Shown here piece after piece: positions 32,706-42,541 of a stretch of DNA of 64,000 bases. Every line of letters starts with the position of its first letter. Position 1 is the first letter of the stretch. The stretch is from Vulcanimicrobiota bacterium. GTDB taxonomy: Bacteria; Vulcanimicrobiota; Vulcanimicrobiia; Vulcanimicrobiales; Vulcanimicrobiaceae. Under the pieces are notes generated by a model. That model saw only the letters and a list, made by a program, of their open reading frames with translations, did not search any database and was not told the origin of the DNA. The position numbers were made by a program, and so were the translations under genes. The stretch covers positions 672,001-736,000 of the forward strand of contig OY968762.1 of the NCBI GenBank assembly GCA_963695225.1, written 5' to 3'.

Positions 32706-33041
32706 ATGCTGACACTGCACGATGCGATCCTGCGCGGCGAGCGCCGCGAAGTCGCCTTCAGCGCGACCGTCACCTCGGCGCCGCGCTTCTTCTTCGGCTC
32801 GCGGACCCACGCCGAGCACGAAGCGTTCTACGTTCGCGCGCGCGACGGAACCGCGCTCGAGGTCGTCGACAACGTGCTGCTCGCACCGCCGGTACCCGTC
32901 CACGTCGGCGACGGCGTCCGCCTCAAGGGCGAACTCGTCCCGCAGACCGAGTATGGGCCGATGCTGCATTGGACGCATCACGATCCGGCGCACCGCCATC
33001 CCGACGGCTACATCGACGTCGGCGGGAGGCGCTACGCTTGA
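32706..33041 (+). CDS. DUF3465-like protein
   Basis: HE.F.V, V..GD.V...GE, LHWTHHDP..RHPDGYI resemble DUF3465. Confidence 0.75.
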   Translation: MLTLHDAILRGERREVAFSATVTSAPRFFFGSRTHAEHEAFYVRARDGTALEVVDNVLLAPPVPVHVGDGVRLKGELVPQTEYGPMLHWTHHDPAHRHPDGYIDVGGRRYA

Positions 33042-33059
33042 CCGGCCTCTGTTGCGGCG

Positions 33060-33830
33060 CTATTTCGCGCCGGAGGATCCGGGCCGGGCGTTCTCGGCCA
33101 GGAGTTCGGGGATCGTGACGAACCGGTAACCCTTCGCGTGCAGCGCATCGATGATCTCGCGCGTCGCCGCAATCTCTTGCGCGCGGTCGCACGCCCGGGG
33201 CGGCAGCTTCGCACGGGCACAGAGCAAGCCCCGGTTCCCGTCGTGCAGCACGACGATGCTCCCGTCGCGCACGCGGGAAACGACGCGCGCCGAGATCGTC
33301 CGGTCGCCCGGCTGCTCCCAATCGTTCGGCAGGCGATCGGACCACATCACGACGGTGTACCCTTCGCGTTTCGCCTCGGCCATCAGCGAGAAGTCACGTT
33401 GCCCGAACGGCGGACGCATCAAACGCGGGCGCACGTTCGCGATCCGCGCAAGCGCGTCGTCGGTCAGCGTCAGCTCGCGACGCACGAACTCCGCCGGTTT
33501 GCCCAGCAAGTGCGCGTGGTCCCACGAATGGTTCCCGAGCGCGTGCCCCTCGGCGGCGATGCGCCGTATCGCGTTCGGGTACGCCTGCGCCGCTTCGCCC
33601 ACGACGAAGAACGTCGCGTGCACGCGCTCGGCCTTGAGAACGTCGAGGATCCGTTCGGTGTACGGCGGGTTCGGGCCGTCGTCGAACGTGAGCGCGACGA
33701 CGGGCTCGGTACGCGGCCCGCTGACGAGCGTCGCGCCGAAGAGCTGGTTGCGCGGGTCCTCGACGAGCTTCCAGCCCAGATACGCCGCGCTCGCGAGGAC
33801 GAGCGCGATCAGAATCGCCCCCAGTCTCAG
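33060..33830 (-). CDS. Polysaccharide deacetylase (NodB/CE4) with N-terminal membrane anchor
   Basis: ALTFDDGP, GNHSWDH, RPPFG, IVVLHDG, GYRFVTI. Probable CTG start overlapping the upstream stop. Confidence 0.92.
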   Translation of the reverse strand: MRLGAILIALVLASAAYLGWKLVEDPRNQLFGATLVSGPRTEPVVALTFDDGPNPPYTERILDVLKAERVHATFFVVGEAAQAYPNAIRRIAAEGHALGNHSWDHAHLLGKPAEFVRRELTLTDDALARIANVRPRLMRPPFGQRDFSLMAEAKREGYTVVMWSDRLPNDWEQPGDRTISARVVSRVRDGSIVVLHDGNRGLLCARAKLPPRACDRAQEIAATREIIDALHAKGYRFVTIPELLAENARPGSSGAK

Positions 33831-34477
33831 GTGCGCGCCCGCAGCCGCGCCTGGACGGCCGCGACGCGCGACCGGAACGCCGGCGTCCCGAACTCCAGGA
33901 AGTCCTCGACGAGCCGCCCGTAGCGAGGTTCCGCGAGCGTCGTCCCCTCCAGCTCGAGCAGATTCGGGAGCGGTTTGCCGCGCTCGAGGTGGATCCGGTA
34001 TTCCCGCCCCGCGTTGCGCGCCCAGTACGCCGGATCGGTGAACGAGAAGCGATGCTCGCCATGCTGTTCGTCGATCCATTGGTAGACGTAGATCTCGTAG
34101 CGCGTCGCGGTATCGCCGCGGAGCGGGCGGCTCCCAAGCTCCCAGATGCCGTCGGCAACGGCCTTGCCGAACGCGAACGAAACATCGGTCGTCCGGCGCG
34201 GCAACGAAGCGATCCTGATCTGCATGCCCGCCCGTCCGAGGGCGCGGTACTCGGCGCTCGAGATGCCGTCGAGGTTCGTCAGGCGATACTCTTCTTCCGC
34301 AATCGGGCCGCGCTCGCGCCGGATCAGGAGGTTCATGCGAATCTCCGAGCGGGAGTGGGCGACCCGGCGGGCCGCTTCATACCCGGCCCGCTGCGTGCGG
34401 TCGAAGATCAACCAGCCGCTCCCAAGTGCGATCAGTGCGGCGAGCAGGACGAAGAGCGGGACGATCGAGCGAGGCAT
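33827..34477 (-). CDS. Hypothetical protein with N-terminal TM helix
   Basis: In operon context with normal codon usage; no family recognised. Confidence 0.7.
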   Translation of the reverse strand: MPRSIVPLFVLLAALIALGSGWLIFDRTQRAGYEAARRVAHSRSEIRMNLLIRRERGPIAEEEYRLTNLDGISSAEYRALGRAGMQIRIASLPRRTTDVSFAFGKAVADGIWELGSRPLRGDTATRYEIYVYQWIDEQHGEHRFSFTDPAYWARNAGREYRIHLERGKPLPNLLELEGTTLAEPRYGRLVEDFLEFGTPAFRSRVAAVQARLRART

Positions 34478-34533
34478 TCGACCTTTCACCTTCGATTCGG
34501 CGCTCGCCGGCCCCGCGCGGGGCCGGCCCTCGT

Positions 34534-34947
34534 TCAGCCTGCCGCCGCCGCCCGTTCGTCGAGGACGCGGTTGACGACCGCATCGGCCGCCGCGTTCTCC
34601 TTGCGGCGCACGTGGGCGATATCGACGCGCCGCAGCCGCGCGAGCAGTTTGCGCGCCCGCGCGGCGAGCGGGATCAAGTCGGGATGCTTGACGCGATAGA
34701 CGCCCGTCAACTGGCGCACGACGAGTTCGCTATCGAGCCGGATGGCGAGCTCCTCGACGCCGAGTTCGAGCGCCGCATCAAGGCCGGCGAGCAGCGCGCG
34801 CCACTCGGCAACGTTGTTCGTTGCGATTCCGACGTACTCGCCGATCTCGCGCAGCACGCTGCCGTCCTCGGCGAACAACACGGCACCGGCGGCCGCGGGT
34901 CCCGGGTTTCCGCGCGAGCCGCCGTCTGCGAAGAGTTTTGCCTTCAC
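34534..34947 (-). CDS. rnhA: Ribonuclease HI (archaeal/actinobacterial-like)
   Basis: ADGGSRGNPGPA, TNNVAEW, DSELVVRQ, HVRRKEN..AD. Confidence 0.93.
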   Translation of the reverse strand: MKAKLFADGGSRGNPGPAAAGAVLFAEDGSVLREIGEYVGIATNNVAEWRALLAGLDAALELGVEELAIRLDSELVVRQLTGVYRVKHPDLIPLAARARKLLARLRRVDIAHVRRKENAAADAVVNRVLDERAAAAG

Positions 34948-35369
34948 GCCGGATCCTTCTGCGCGATCGCCTCGCCGTCGACGACGAGCTCGCCGCGTTG
35001 ATTCGTCACCGTCGTGCGGCAGCGCAGCCGCCGCCGTTCGGTGAGGACCTCGAGGACTTCCGTACACGCGGTGAGCGTGTCGCCGATGAAAACCGGGCGA
35101 AGGAACCGCAGCGTCTGCGCGACCATGAGGCCGCCGGGCTTCTGGAGCAGCATGCCGTTCGTCGCCGAAAGCAGGCCCGCGGACAACATTCCGTGCGCGG
35201 CCCGCTGTCCGAAGCGCGTCGTCTTAGCGTACTCCGCATCGACGTGCAGCGGATACTGATCCCCGCTGACCGCCGCGAACAACAAGATGTCGGCTTCGGA
35301 GATCGTCTTCGAGAACGCGGCGCGATCGCCCACTGCGAACGCCTCGAACGGCTTGACTTCGTAGAACAC
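34944..35369 (-). CDS. MaoC-family (R)-hydratase
   Basis: FAAVSGDQYPLHVD.EYA..TRFG.R.AHGML and F..PVFIGDTL. Confidence 0.9.
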   Translation of the reverse strand: MFYEVKPFEAFAVGDRAAFSKTISEADILLFAAVSGDQYPLHVDAEYAKTTRFGQRAAHGMLSAGLLSATNGMLLQKPGGLMVAQTLRFLRPVFIGDTLTACTEVLEVLTERRRLRCRTTVTNQRGELVVDGEAIAQKDPA

Positions 35370-35377
35370 GGTGCCCC

Positions 35378-36433
35378 CTATCGAAATTGCGCGAGAAATG
35401 CGGATGCGGCGCCGATCTCGACGCCCGCCCGCGCGTAGCGGAGCGGCAGCGCCGCAGCGTCCGCGGGTGCCGCGCAGAGCGGCGAAGCGGTTCCGTTCGT
35501 CGCGCGCAGCGTGCAGCGCCCGGCGCCCGCCGGGACGAGTGCCGTAGAATACGGCTCCAGCCGGACGGCGGTGCCGTTCGCCGCGACCTCGAGCGGATCG
35601 GCCTGGGCCGTTAGCGCGATCGGGCAGCCCTCGAGCGCGAGCCCGCGCGGCGTGCCGTCGAGCTCGAACCGCTCGAACCAAAAGCGCGAGTCCGCGACCA
35701 GCGTCGTGCGCCGCAGTCCGTCCAGCACGTAGTCGAACGGCTGGACGGTCGTCCGCCGCGCGGCGCCGTAATCGAGCACGTCGGCCGCCTTCTCGACGTG
35801 CAGCGGGCGCGGCTTGCCGTCGGGCCCCGGCCGGTTCCAATCGAAGATGCGATAGGTCAGATCGCTTGCCTGCTGCACTTCGAAGAGGGCGACGCCCGAC
35901 CCGATCGCGTGCAGCGTCCCTGCCGGCAGATAGAAGACGTCGCCCGCGCGGACCGGAATCGAGCGCAGGATCTCGCCGAGCGAACCTTCGCCGGCGCGGC
36001 GCTCGAATTCCGCGCGATCCGTATCGCGCCGCCAGCCGAGAACGAGCGTGGCCTCGGCCTCGGCGGCGAGGATCAGCCAGCACTCCGTCTTGCCGACGGG
36101 CTGCCCTTCGACGCGCTGCGCGTAGTCATCGCCGGGATGGACTTGCACGGAGAGCGGGGCGCGCGCGTCGATCAGCTTCGTGAGCAGCGGGAACCGCTGG
36201 GCCGCCCCGATCCGGCCCATCAGCGCCTCGCCGAGTTCGCCCCGCAACGAGGCGATCGTCTTCCCCGCATGGATGCCGTTGCGAACGCGGTTCTCGTCCC
36301 AACACTCCCAGGCTTCGCCGATCCGTGCGTTCGGATCTCCGGCCTTCCCGTACCGCCGGACGAGCGCGTCGCCGCCCCAGATCGAAGGGACGAGCTTCGG
36401 CTCGATCAGGAACGGATAGAGCGCTTCCGTCAT
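35378..36433 (-). CDS. manA: Mannose-6-phosphate isomerase, type I
   Basis: IWGG, IGEAW, FPLL.KLIDA...LSVQVHP, KTECW, GTLHAIG, EVQQASDLTYR. Confidence 0.93.
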   Translation of the reverse strand: MTEALYPFLIEPKLVPSIWGGDALVRRYGKAGDPNARIGEAWECWDENRVRNGIHAGKTIASLRGELGEALMGRIGAAQRFPLLTKLIDARAPLSVQVHPGDDYAQRVEGQPVGKTECWLILAAEAEATLVLGWRRDTDRAEFERRAGEGSLGEILRSIPVRAGDVFYLPAGTLHAIGSGVALFEVQQASDLTYRIFDWNRPGPDGKPRPLHVEKAADVLDYGAARRTTVQPFDYVLDGLRRTTLVADSRFWFERFELDGTPRGLALEGCPIALTAQADPLEVAANGTAVRLEPYSTALVPAGAGRCTLRATNGTASPLCAAPADAAALPLRYARAGVEIGAASAFLAQFR

Positions 36434-36512
36434 GCCGCGAGAACGGTCCATCTCCGCGACGTTGCGCCCGCGCGGTCGTCCGGCCCTGCCCGCCGCCCAG
36501 TCAGGGGCGCGG

Positions 36513-37187
36513 CTAGATCGAATTCTGCTCGACGCGCAGCGCGAGTTGCTGGTGGGCGGTGAGCCCGAGATCCCCGCGCGAGGAAGCGTGATCCAGGCCG
36601 TCGCTGTGGTACACGAGGACGATCGCGCTCCCCGCAGCCAGGTGGTGCGGGACGGTGACCGCGACCGTCGCGCTGCCGTCCACGGAAGCGTCGAAGTTGT
36701 TCTGCGTCCCCTCGCCGTCGAGCGGCGCGAACGTCGCCCCGTCCGGGGAAAGGGTTGCCTCGAAGAGGCTGTACCGGCCGAACGCGATCAGGTGCGAGAA
36801 CGAGAACGTGATCCGGTCGTTCCCGCCGGCGAGCGTCGCGATGTCTGCGGAACCGCGCGCGGCGAACCACTTCCCGAGCGTGAAACCAAGCGACGCACCC
36901 TGCGCGTTCGAAGCGACGCTCTCCGGTGCGTCCTCGAGGCGGGCGGCCCGGAAACCAGCGACGTGCTCGATGTTCTGCGGGCCGGCACCCGCGGTCGCCG
37001 CCGGGTCCGCCACGTACACCTGCGGGTCGACGGCCGTCGCCTTCTTCGTTTCTTGGGAATAAAAGGTCGCATGCGTGGTGAACGGCAACTCCGCCGCCCT
37101 CGCGGGCCCGACCGGCCCGGCCAGCGCCGCGGCCCCGATGCAGATTCCCGCCAACGCGCGACGAAGGGGCTGCCAGCGAACGTTCAT
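36513..37187 (-). CDS. Secreted hypothetical protein
   Basis: Signal peptide ending ARA-A; His-containing C-terminus (YHSDG..H...G..G..AHQQL). Confidence 0.8.
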   Translation of the reverse strand: MNVRWQPLRRALAGICIGAAALAGPVGPARAAELPFTTHATFYSQETKKATAVDPQVYVADPAATAGAGPQNIEHVAGFRAARLEDAPESVASNAQGASLGFTLGKWFAARGSADIATLAGGNDRITFSFSHLIAFGRYSLFEATLSPDGATFAPLDGEGTQNNFDASVDGSATVAVTVPHHLAAGSAIVLVYHSDGLDHASSRGDLGLTAHQQLALRVEQNSI

Positions 37188-37228
37188 ACGGGGATTCCCT
37201 TTCCGATCAGACGAGGACGCTTCCGACG

Positions 37229-37963
37229 CTGAGTCCCGATCTCGCCTTTCAAGCTTGCGCCAATGCGGCGGCCGCCGCCTACGCCGCCCGGCCGCCGTTC
37301 ATAACGTATCGCGTGGTCGCCCACGTGAGCGTTCCGTCGTTGAAACGCGAGCGAGACGTGATCCGTTCCGTCATGGTCCGTACGCGCGACGACCTCGCCG
37401 TGATTCAAGACCTCCCCCGCGGCCGCAACCAGCTCGGCCGGAGCTTCCCCGTCACTCCGGTGTTCGATGCGATCTCGAGCTTCGGGTTCAACTGGAGCGT
37501 CACGCGAACGGGTGCCCTGACCGCCTACGTTCACGACATCGTCCCGCTGACGTTCGCCCCGCCCCAGCAGAACGGCGCCGACGTCGTCGTCTCACGGCTG
37601 CGCTACTTTCATGCGGACTATGCGCCGGATACGAGCGATGCGCCCGACGGCCTGACGCACATCACGATGCAGCCGTATCAGTTCTTGCTCGACCAAGTTC
37701 CGCGCGACGACTTGTTCTTCAACGACGTCTTCTGCAGCAACGAAACCAAGCTGCCGACGCACGTCCGCTCGGTCGGCGGACACGAATCGCAGCTCGTCGT
37801 CGATTACGGCATCGTCGAAGGGCATTGGCTCGTCCAGCACGTGCACTACGAAGACACGTACATCGGCCCGCTCTCTCTCTTCCGCGTGCATTCGAGCGCG
37901 AACGCCGATTACAGCGAGTTCACGTTCCCGGCGACCGCTCCCGATCCGCGTCTTGCCGAGTGA
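37229..37963 (+). CDS. Hypothetical protein, beta-rich
   Basis: Clean ORF. The first canonical start is GTG 37313, but the frame stays protein-like upstream to CTG 37229, behind GAGGA. Confidence 0.7.
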   Translation: MSPDLAFQACANAAAAAYAARPPFITYRVVAHVSVPSLKRERDVIRSVMVRTRDDLAVIQDLPRGRNQLGRSFPVTPVFDAISSFGFNWSVTRTGALTAYVHDIVPLTFAPPQQNGADVVVSRLRYFHADYAPDTSDAPDGLTHITMQPYQFLLDQVPRDDLFFNDVFCSNETKLPTHVRSVGGHESQLVVDYGIVEGHWLVQHVHYEDTYIGPLSLFRVHSSANADYSEFTFPATAPDPRLAE

Positions 37964-38003
37964 TGCGGGCAACCTCGAGCGCGCTTTCGGTGCGTGCCGG
38001 ATT

Positions 38004-38091
38004 CGGAGAGGGAGAGATTCGAACTCTCGGAACGCTCATCACGTTCGCCCGCTTTCGAGGCGGGTGCCTTCAACCACTCGACCACCTCTCC
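38004..38091 (-). tRNA. tRNA-Ser(CGA)
   Basis: GGAGAGG acceptor stem, CCCGC-CTCGAAA-GCGGG anticodon arm, long variable arm, GTTCGAATC. CCA not encoded. Confidence 0.96.
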
Positions 38092-38141
38092 GCGATGGTT
38101 CACGAGGCGCGGGGAACCCGCGCGACCTACCGTATATCGCG

Positions 38142-38767
<626 letters not shown>

Positions 38768-38791
38768 ATGCTCCATGCTAGTTGGAGGGGA

Positions 38792-39031
38792 TTACTTCGG
38801 GTCCTCCGGTGAGAGCGGAGCGGCGGCCGGAAGGTGCTTGAACAGATCGAGCTTGTGGTCGACGAGCCCGCGGTAGAACTTCCGTACGCAATCCGGGTGC
38901 CCGAAGAAGTACGTCCGCGCGTACGCGAGATCGTCGCCCGAGGAATCCGGAACGTAATGCGAGATCTCGATCTCTTCCATCTGCCCCCGGTCGACGGGAT
39001 GCGGACAGAAATCGCAGGGGATCGTTGACAT
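38792..39031 (-). CDS. Small hypothetical protein, possible Zn binder
   Basis: 79 aa with CDFC and HPDC; AAGGTGG upstream of the ATG. Confidence 0.65.
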   Translation of the reverse strand: MSTIPCDFCPHPVDRGQMEEIEISHYVPDSSGDDLAYARTYFFGHPDCVRKFYRGLVDHKLDLFKHLPAAAPLSPEDPK

Positions 39032-39059
39032 TTGGGGCGCCCACCTTAAAAGAAATTCG

Positions 39060-39131
39060 TGACTCGGGCAGGATTTGAACCTGCGACCTAGGGCTTATGA
39101 GTCCCCCGCTCTACCGCTGAGCTACCGAGCC
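39060..39131 (-). tRNA. tRNA with CAT anticodon, probably tRNA-Ile2 (lysidine)
   Basis: GGCTCGG acceptor, GGGGA-CTCATAA-GCCCT arm, GTTCAAATC. No initiator C1 mismatch. Ile2 rather than elongator Met is inferred from the arm sequence. Confidence 0.85.
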
Positions 39132-39337
39132 GCGCGCTGGTCGCGTTCATTCGACGTCGACCGATAGAAAAACCCGCTCGGCCGCGTGAAGGTTCCGGCG
39201 AGCCCGCGCCGGAGGCGCGAGGACCGACCGGCCCGCCCCAGTATCGCGCGCCGGGCGCATTTCGTCCAGACTACCGTCCGATTCGGCTCCGCTCGTGCTC
39301 CGCGAGAGAGGCGAGGGCGCCGGCGGGAAAGGCATGA

Positions 39338-39369
39338 AAAAGCCCGCAAACGCTTGATCCACGGGCTTC
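39338..39369 (-). terminator. Terminator-like hairpin after tRNA-Arg(ACG)
   Basis: Minus strand AAGCCCGTGGA...TTTGCGGGCTTTTT. Confidence 0.7.
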
Positions 39370-39374
39370 TTCGG

Positions 39375-39451
39375 TGGCGCGGTCGGAGGGACTCGAACCC
39401 CCAACCTACAAGTTCGTAGCCTGTTGCTCTATCCAATTGAGCTACGACCGC
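39375..39451 (-). tRNA. tRNA-Arg(ACG)
   Basis: ACAGG-CTACGAA-CTTGT arm, GTTCGAGTC, encoded CCA. Confidence 0.97.
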
Positions 39452-39528
39452 ACGGCCGCGCGCACGACGCGGCGACTGCGCATACTACCGCGCGGCGCCG
39501 GGGTTCCCTGCCGAACGGTCGATGACTT

Positions 39529-39618
39529 CGGAGAGAGAGGGATTCGAACCCTCGATACGCTTTGACAGCGTATAACGGTTTAGCAAACCGCCGCCTTCAG
39601 CCGCTCGGCCATCTCTCC
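39529..39618 (-). tRNA. tRNA-Ser(GCT)
   Basis: GCGGT-TTGCTAA-ACCGT arm, long variable arm, GTTCGAATC. Confidence 0.96.
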
Positions 39619-39702
39619 GCGCTCGCGCGAACCGGTTTCGTTCATCGGGTTTCCCGCTCCCGTTTTCCTGCCCCGGCAAGCGCCCCGGCCGCAAATCGAG
39701 CG

Positions 39703-40004
39703 GCTGCCCACCGCGGAATGCATGGTAGCGTCCGGAACGGGGCGGGGTTCCTCCGCGGGGCGTGCAGCTTGCCCGCGGAGCCATGATGGCAGGCGGGGTC
39801 CCCACGCGCTTTGCGTGTGGGGGGCGCGGAGCCGCAGGCGGAGCGCCTGTTCAACTCGATGGGTTCCCGCGCTGCGCAGCAGCGTGGGAGCAGGTGCACG
39901 AGTAGCCGTTTCGCATGGATGCGAAACGGCGGGCGTCCCCGCGGGGGAACCTCGCCCCGATCCGGACGCGGGCCACGCGAAAAGCTCACACTTCGACGGG
40001 CAGC
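39703..40004. ncRNA. Candidate large structured ncRNA or palindromic element, family unknown
   Basis: Nested long-range stems, including a 24-nt inverted repeat (39728-39751 / 39946-39969), enclose at least five hairpins. No credible ORF. Confidence 0.55.
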
Positions 40005-40068
40005 ATCTTCATTCGCACCCATGTGGCCCCGCGCGGGCCACACTATACTCCAGGTAACATTTGATAGC

Positions 40069-41193
40069 TCAGGCGCCCGCAAGCTGCGCGACGAGGCGCG
40101 CGACGTCGAGCGCGGCGTCCGGACGCCGGAGCGCCTCGATGTTCGCGCGCATGCGCTGCACCGCGGGCCCGGAGCGCAGGACGTCGCGAACCGCCCGGGC
40201 GATCGCGCGCGGGCCGGCGACGCGCAGCGCGGCGCGCCGCGAGACGAGATAGCGCGTGTTGCGCTCCTCTTGGCCCGGCAACGGTTTGACGAGGACCATC
40301 GGCAAGCGGGCGGCCAGCGCCTCCGACGAGGTCAAGCCCCCGGGCTTGGTGAGCAGCACGTCGCTCGCGTGCATGTAGTCGTAGACGTTGTCGACGAAGC
40401 CGCGCACGCGCAGCGGATACTCGATCCGCCCGGCGGCCTCCCGCACGCGCCGTTCGATGCGCCGGTTCCTCCCGATGACGATCGCGCCCGCGATCGGTTC
40501 GTCGAGTTCGGCGAGCGCGCGCATCATCACGTCGAGCGGTCCGATGCCGAGTCCGCCCCCCATCATCAAAACGATCTTGCGGTCCGGGGGCAGGTCGAGC
40601 CGCGCGCACAGCTCCTCGCGCCGGCCCGCCGCTTCCCCGAAGCGCGGGTCGACCGGGATCCCCGAAATCACGATGCGCTCCTCGCGCACGCCGCGCGCCA
40701 GCAGGGCGGCGCGCATCTCCGGGGTCGCGACCGCGTACCCGTCGACGTCGCGATAGATCCAAAACGGATGCACGACGAAATCCGTCACGACCCCGATCAC
40801 CGGCAAGTCCGGTGCGTACAGCCGTTTGTACGCGGCCATCACGCCGCACGGAAACGCGTGCGTGCAGACGACCGCGGCCGGGTTCATCCCCTCGATCAGT
40901 TCGCGCAGGTTTGCCGCCGTGAACCCGCTGAGCCACTTACGGAACGGTCCGGCTTCCTTCGCGCGCTCCGCGCGCTCGTAGATCACGCGGTAGAGCTGCG
41001 GAACGGTCTTCACCATCCCGATGTAGCCGTCCGCGACGACCTTCGAGAAGACCGACGCCGCGTACTGATAGGAGTCCACGATCTCGCTCTCGATCGGGGG
41101 ATCGAGCGTCGCGAGGGCGGCGCCGACGGCTCGGGCCGCCGCGATATGCCCGCCCCCGACCGCGGCGGTCAGGAACAGGATCCGCCGCGGCAA
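40069..41193 (-). CDS. MGDG synthase / UgtP-like glycosyltransferase (GT28)
   Basis: GGGHIAAA, VVTDF.VH..W, GIPV, MGGGLG, TKPGGLTSSEALA, PGQEERN. Confidence 0.92.
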   Translation of the reverse strand: MPRRILFLTAAVGGGHIAAARAVGAALATLDPPIESEIVDSYQYAASVFSKVVADGYIGMVKTVPQLYRVIYERAERAKEAGPFRKWLSGFTAANLRELIEGMNPAAVVCTHAFPCGVMAAYKRLYAPDLPVIGVVTDFVVHPFWIYRDVDGYAVATPEMRAALLARGVREERIVISGIPVDPRFGEAAGRREELCARLDLPPDRKIVLMMGGGLGIGPLDVMMRALAELDEPIAGAIVIGRNRRIERRVREAAGRIEYPLRVRGFVDNVYDYMHASDVLLTKPGGLTSSEALAARLPMVLVKPLPGQEERNTRYLVSRRAALRVAGPRAIARAVRDVLRSGPAVQRMRANIEALRRPDAALDVARLVAQLAGA

Positions 41194-41197
41194 GCCT

Positions 41198-41524
41198 TTA
41201 GTGCGGATGCGGGTGGTCGTGCTCCGCGTGGTCGTGGCCGGAGTGATCCTCTCCGTCCTGCGATTCCTCGGCGAGAACGAAGAAATCGTCGAGGATCTCC
41301 TGCGCGAGCGCTTCGTCTTCGAGCAGTTTCCCGGAGTCGTCGGTTACGACGAACTCGTCGGCGGGCTCGCAATAGCAGACCGCGTAGCCGTTGTTCTCGT
41401 CGTCCTCGACGATGCCGACGACTTCGAACTCGAGCTTCTGCCCGTCGTTCGTCTCCACGATGAGGACGTCGCGGAGTTCGACTTTGCCTTCTGCTCCACT
41501 CGTCTCTCCGTTGTGCGCGTCGAT
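41198..41524 (-). CDS. DUF1292 family protein with His-rich tail
   Basis: Acidic, DGQKLEFEVV...Y pattern, in the usual ruvX/mltG neighbourhood. ATC 41524 lies 5 nt after AGGAGG. Confidence 0.8.
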   Translation of the reverse strand: MDAHNGETSGAEGKVELRDVLIVETNDGQKLEFEVVGIVEDDENNGYAVCYCEPADEFVVTDDSGKLLEDEALAQEILDDFFVLAEESQDGEDHSGHDHAEHDHPHPH

Positions 41525-41533
41525 GGCAGCCTC

Positions 41534-42541
41534 CTAATGCAAGTAGCGGGCGACGTTCGCGGTGTGTTCCGCGAGCGTGCGTGAAAATGCGTGGTGCCCG
41601 TCGCCCTTGTACACGTAAAACAGATACGACGAAGGTTCGGGGTCGAACGCCGCAAGGAGCGACGGACGGCCGGGATTCGCGATCGGAGTAGGCGGGAGCC
41701 CAATGTGCTTATACGTGTTGTATGGGGAGTCCCGTGCGAGATCGGCCTGCGTGATCACGTCCTTATGATGCGCGAACGTGTACTCGATCGTGGCATCGAC
41801 TTCGAGCGGCATTCCGATGCGCAGCCGATTGTAGTACACGCCGGCCATCAGGCGCCGCTCGTCGTCGGCCTTCGCCTCTCGCTCGATCAGCGACGCGAGG
41901 GTGACGACCTGCGGCACGGTGAGGCCTAGCCGCCTCGCCTTTTGTTCGGCGTCGGGGGGGAGCCTGCGCAGGAACTCGTCGGTGAGGATCTTCGCGACGT
42001 CGGCCGGCGAGGCGCTCGTCGGAACGAGGTACGTGCTCGGGAAGAGGACGCCCTCGAGCGTAACCGTCGAGCCGCCCGGCAGCCGTAAGGAATGCCCGAG
42101 GAAGTACTCTGCAAACCCGTCCTCCGTGCCCAGAGAGCGGTCCGCGAGCGCGCGAGCGATCTCCCGCGCCGTGTAGCCTTCCGGGATCGTCACCCAGACC
42201 GCGACCTGGGAGCCGCCCGACACGATCTCCTTTTCCACCTCGGCGAGGGTCTGGTGCGCCGCGAAGCGGAATTGCCCGGCCTTCATGGAGGCCTGCTCGC
42301 CGCGCAGGCGGGCGAGCAGGTTGAAGGCTCGCGCCGACCCGATGACGCCCTCCTGCGCCAACAGCGCCGCGACTTCGGCGCCGGTCGAACCACGCTCGAT
42401 CACGATCGTCGCCTCGCTCGCCGGAAGGGAGCGGTCCCCGTAGGCCGCGTGCTCGAACCAGAGCCACGCCGCGAGCGTGGAGAGCGCGACGGCGGCGACG
42501 AGCGCGCCGAGCGCCGCCCCGGCCTTCCGCGCGGGGATCAC
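41534..42541 (-). CDS. mltG: Endolytic transglycosylase MltG
   Basis: VTIPEG, LEG.LFPSTY, LASLIEREA, NRL..GM.LE.DAT, SPYNTY...GLPPTPIANPG. Confidence 0.95.
   Translation of the reverse strand: MIPARKAGAALGALVAAVALSTLAAWLWFEHAAYGDRSLPASEATIVIERGSTGAEVAALLAQEGVIGSARAFNLLARLRGEQASMKAGQFRFAAHQTLAEVEKEIVSGGSQVAVWVTIPEGYTAREIARALADRSLGTEDGFAEYFLGHSLRLPGGSTVTLEGVLFPSTYLVPTSASPADVAKILTDEFLRRLPPDAEQKARRLGLTVPQVVTLASLIEREAKADDERRLMAGVYYNRLRIGMPLEVDATIEYTFAHHKDVITQADLARDSPYNTYKHIGLPPTPIANPGRPSLLAAFDPEPSSYLFYVYKGDGHHAFSRTLAEHTANVARYLH

Noticed and set aside
39703..40004. Structured element as SRP RNA, RNase P RNA or tmRNA, given the nearby tadA
   Set aside because: No SRP domain IV motif, no GAGGAAAGUCC, and no tRNA-like tmRNA ends on either strand.
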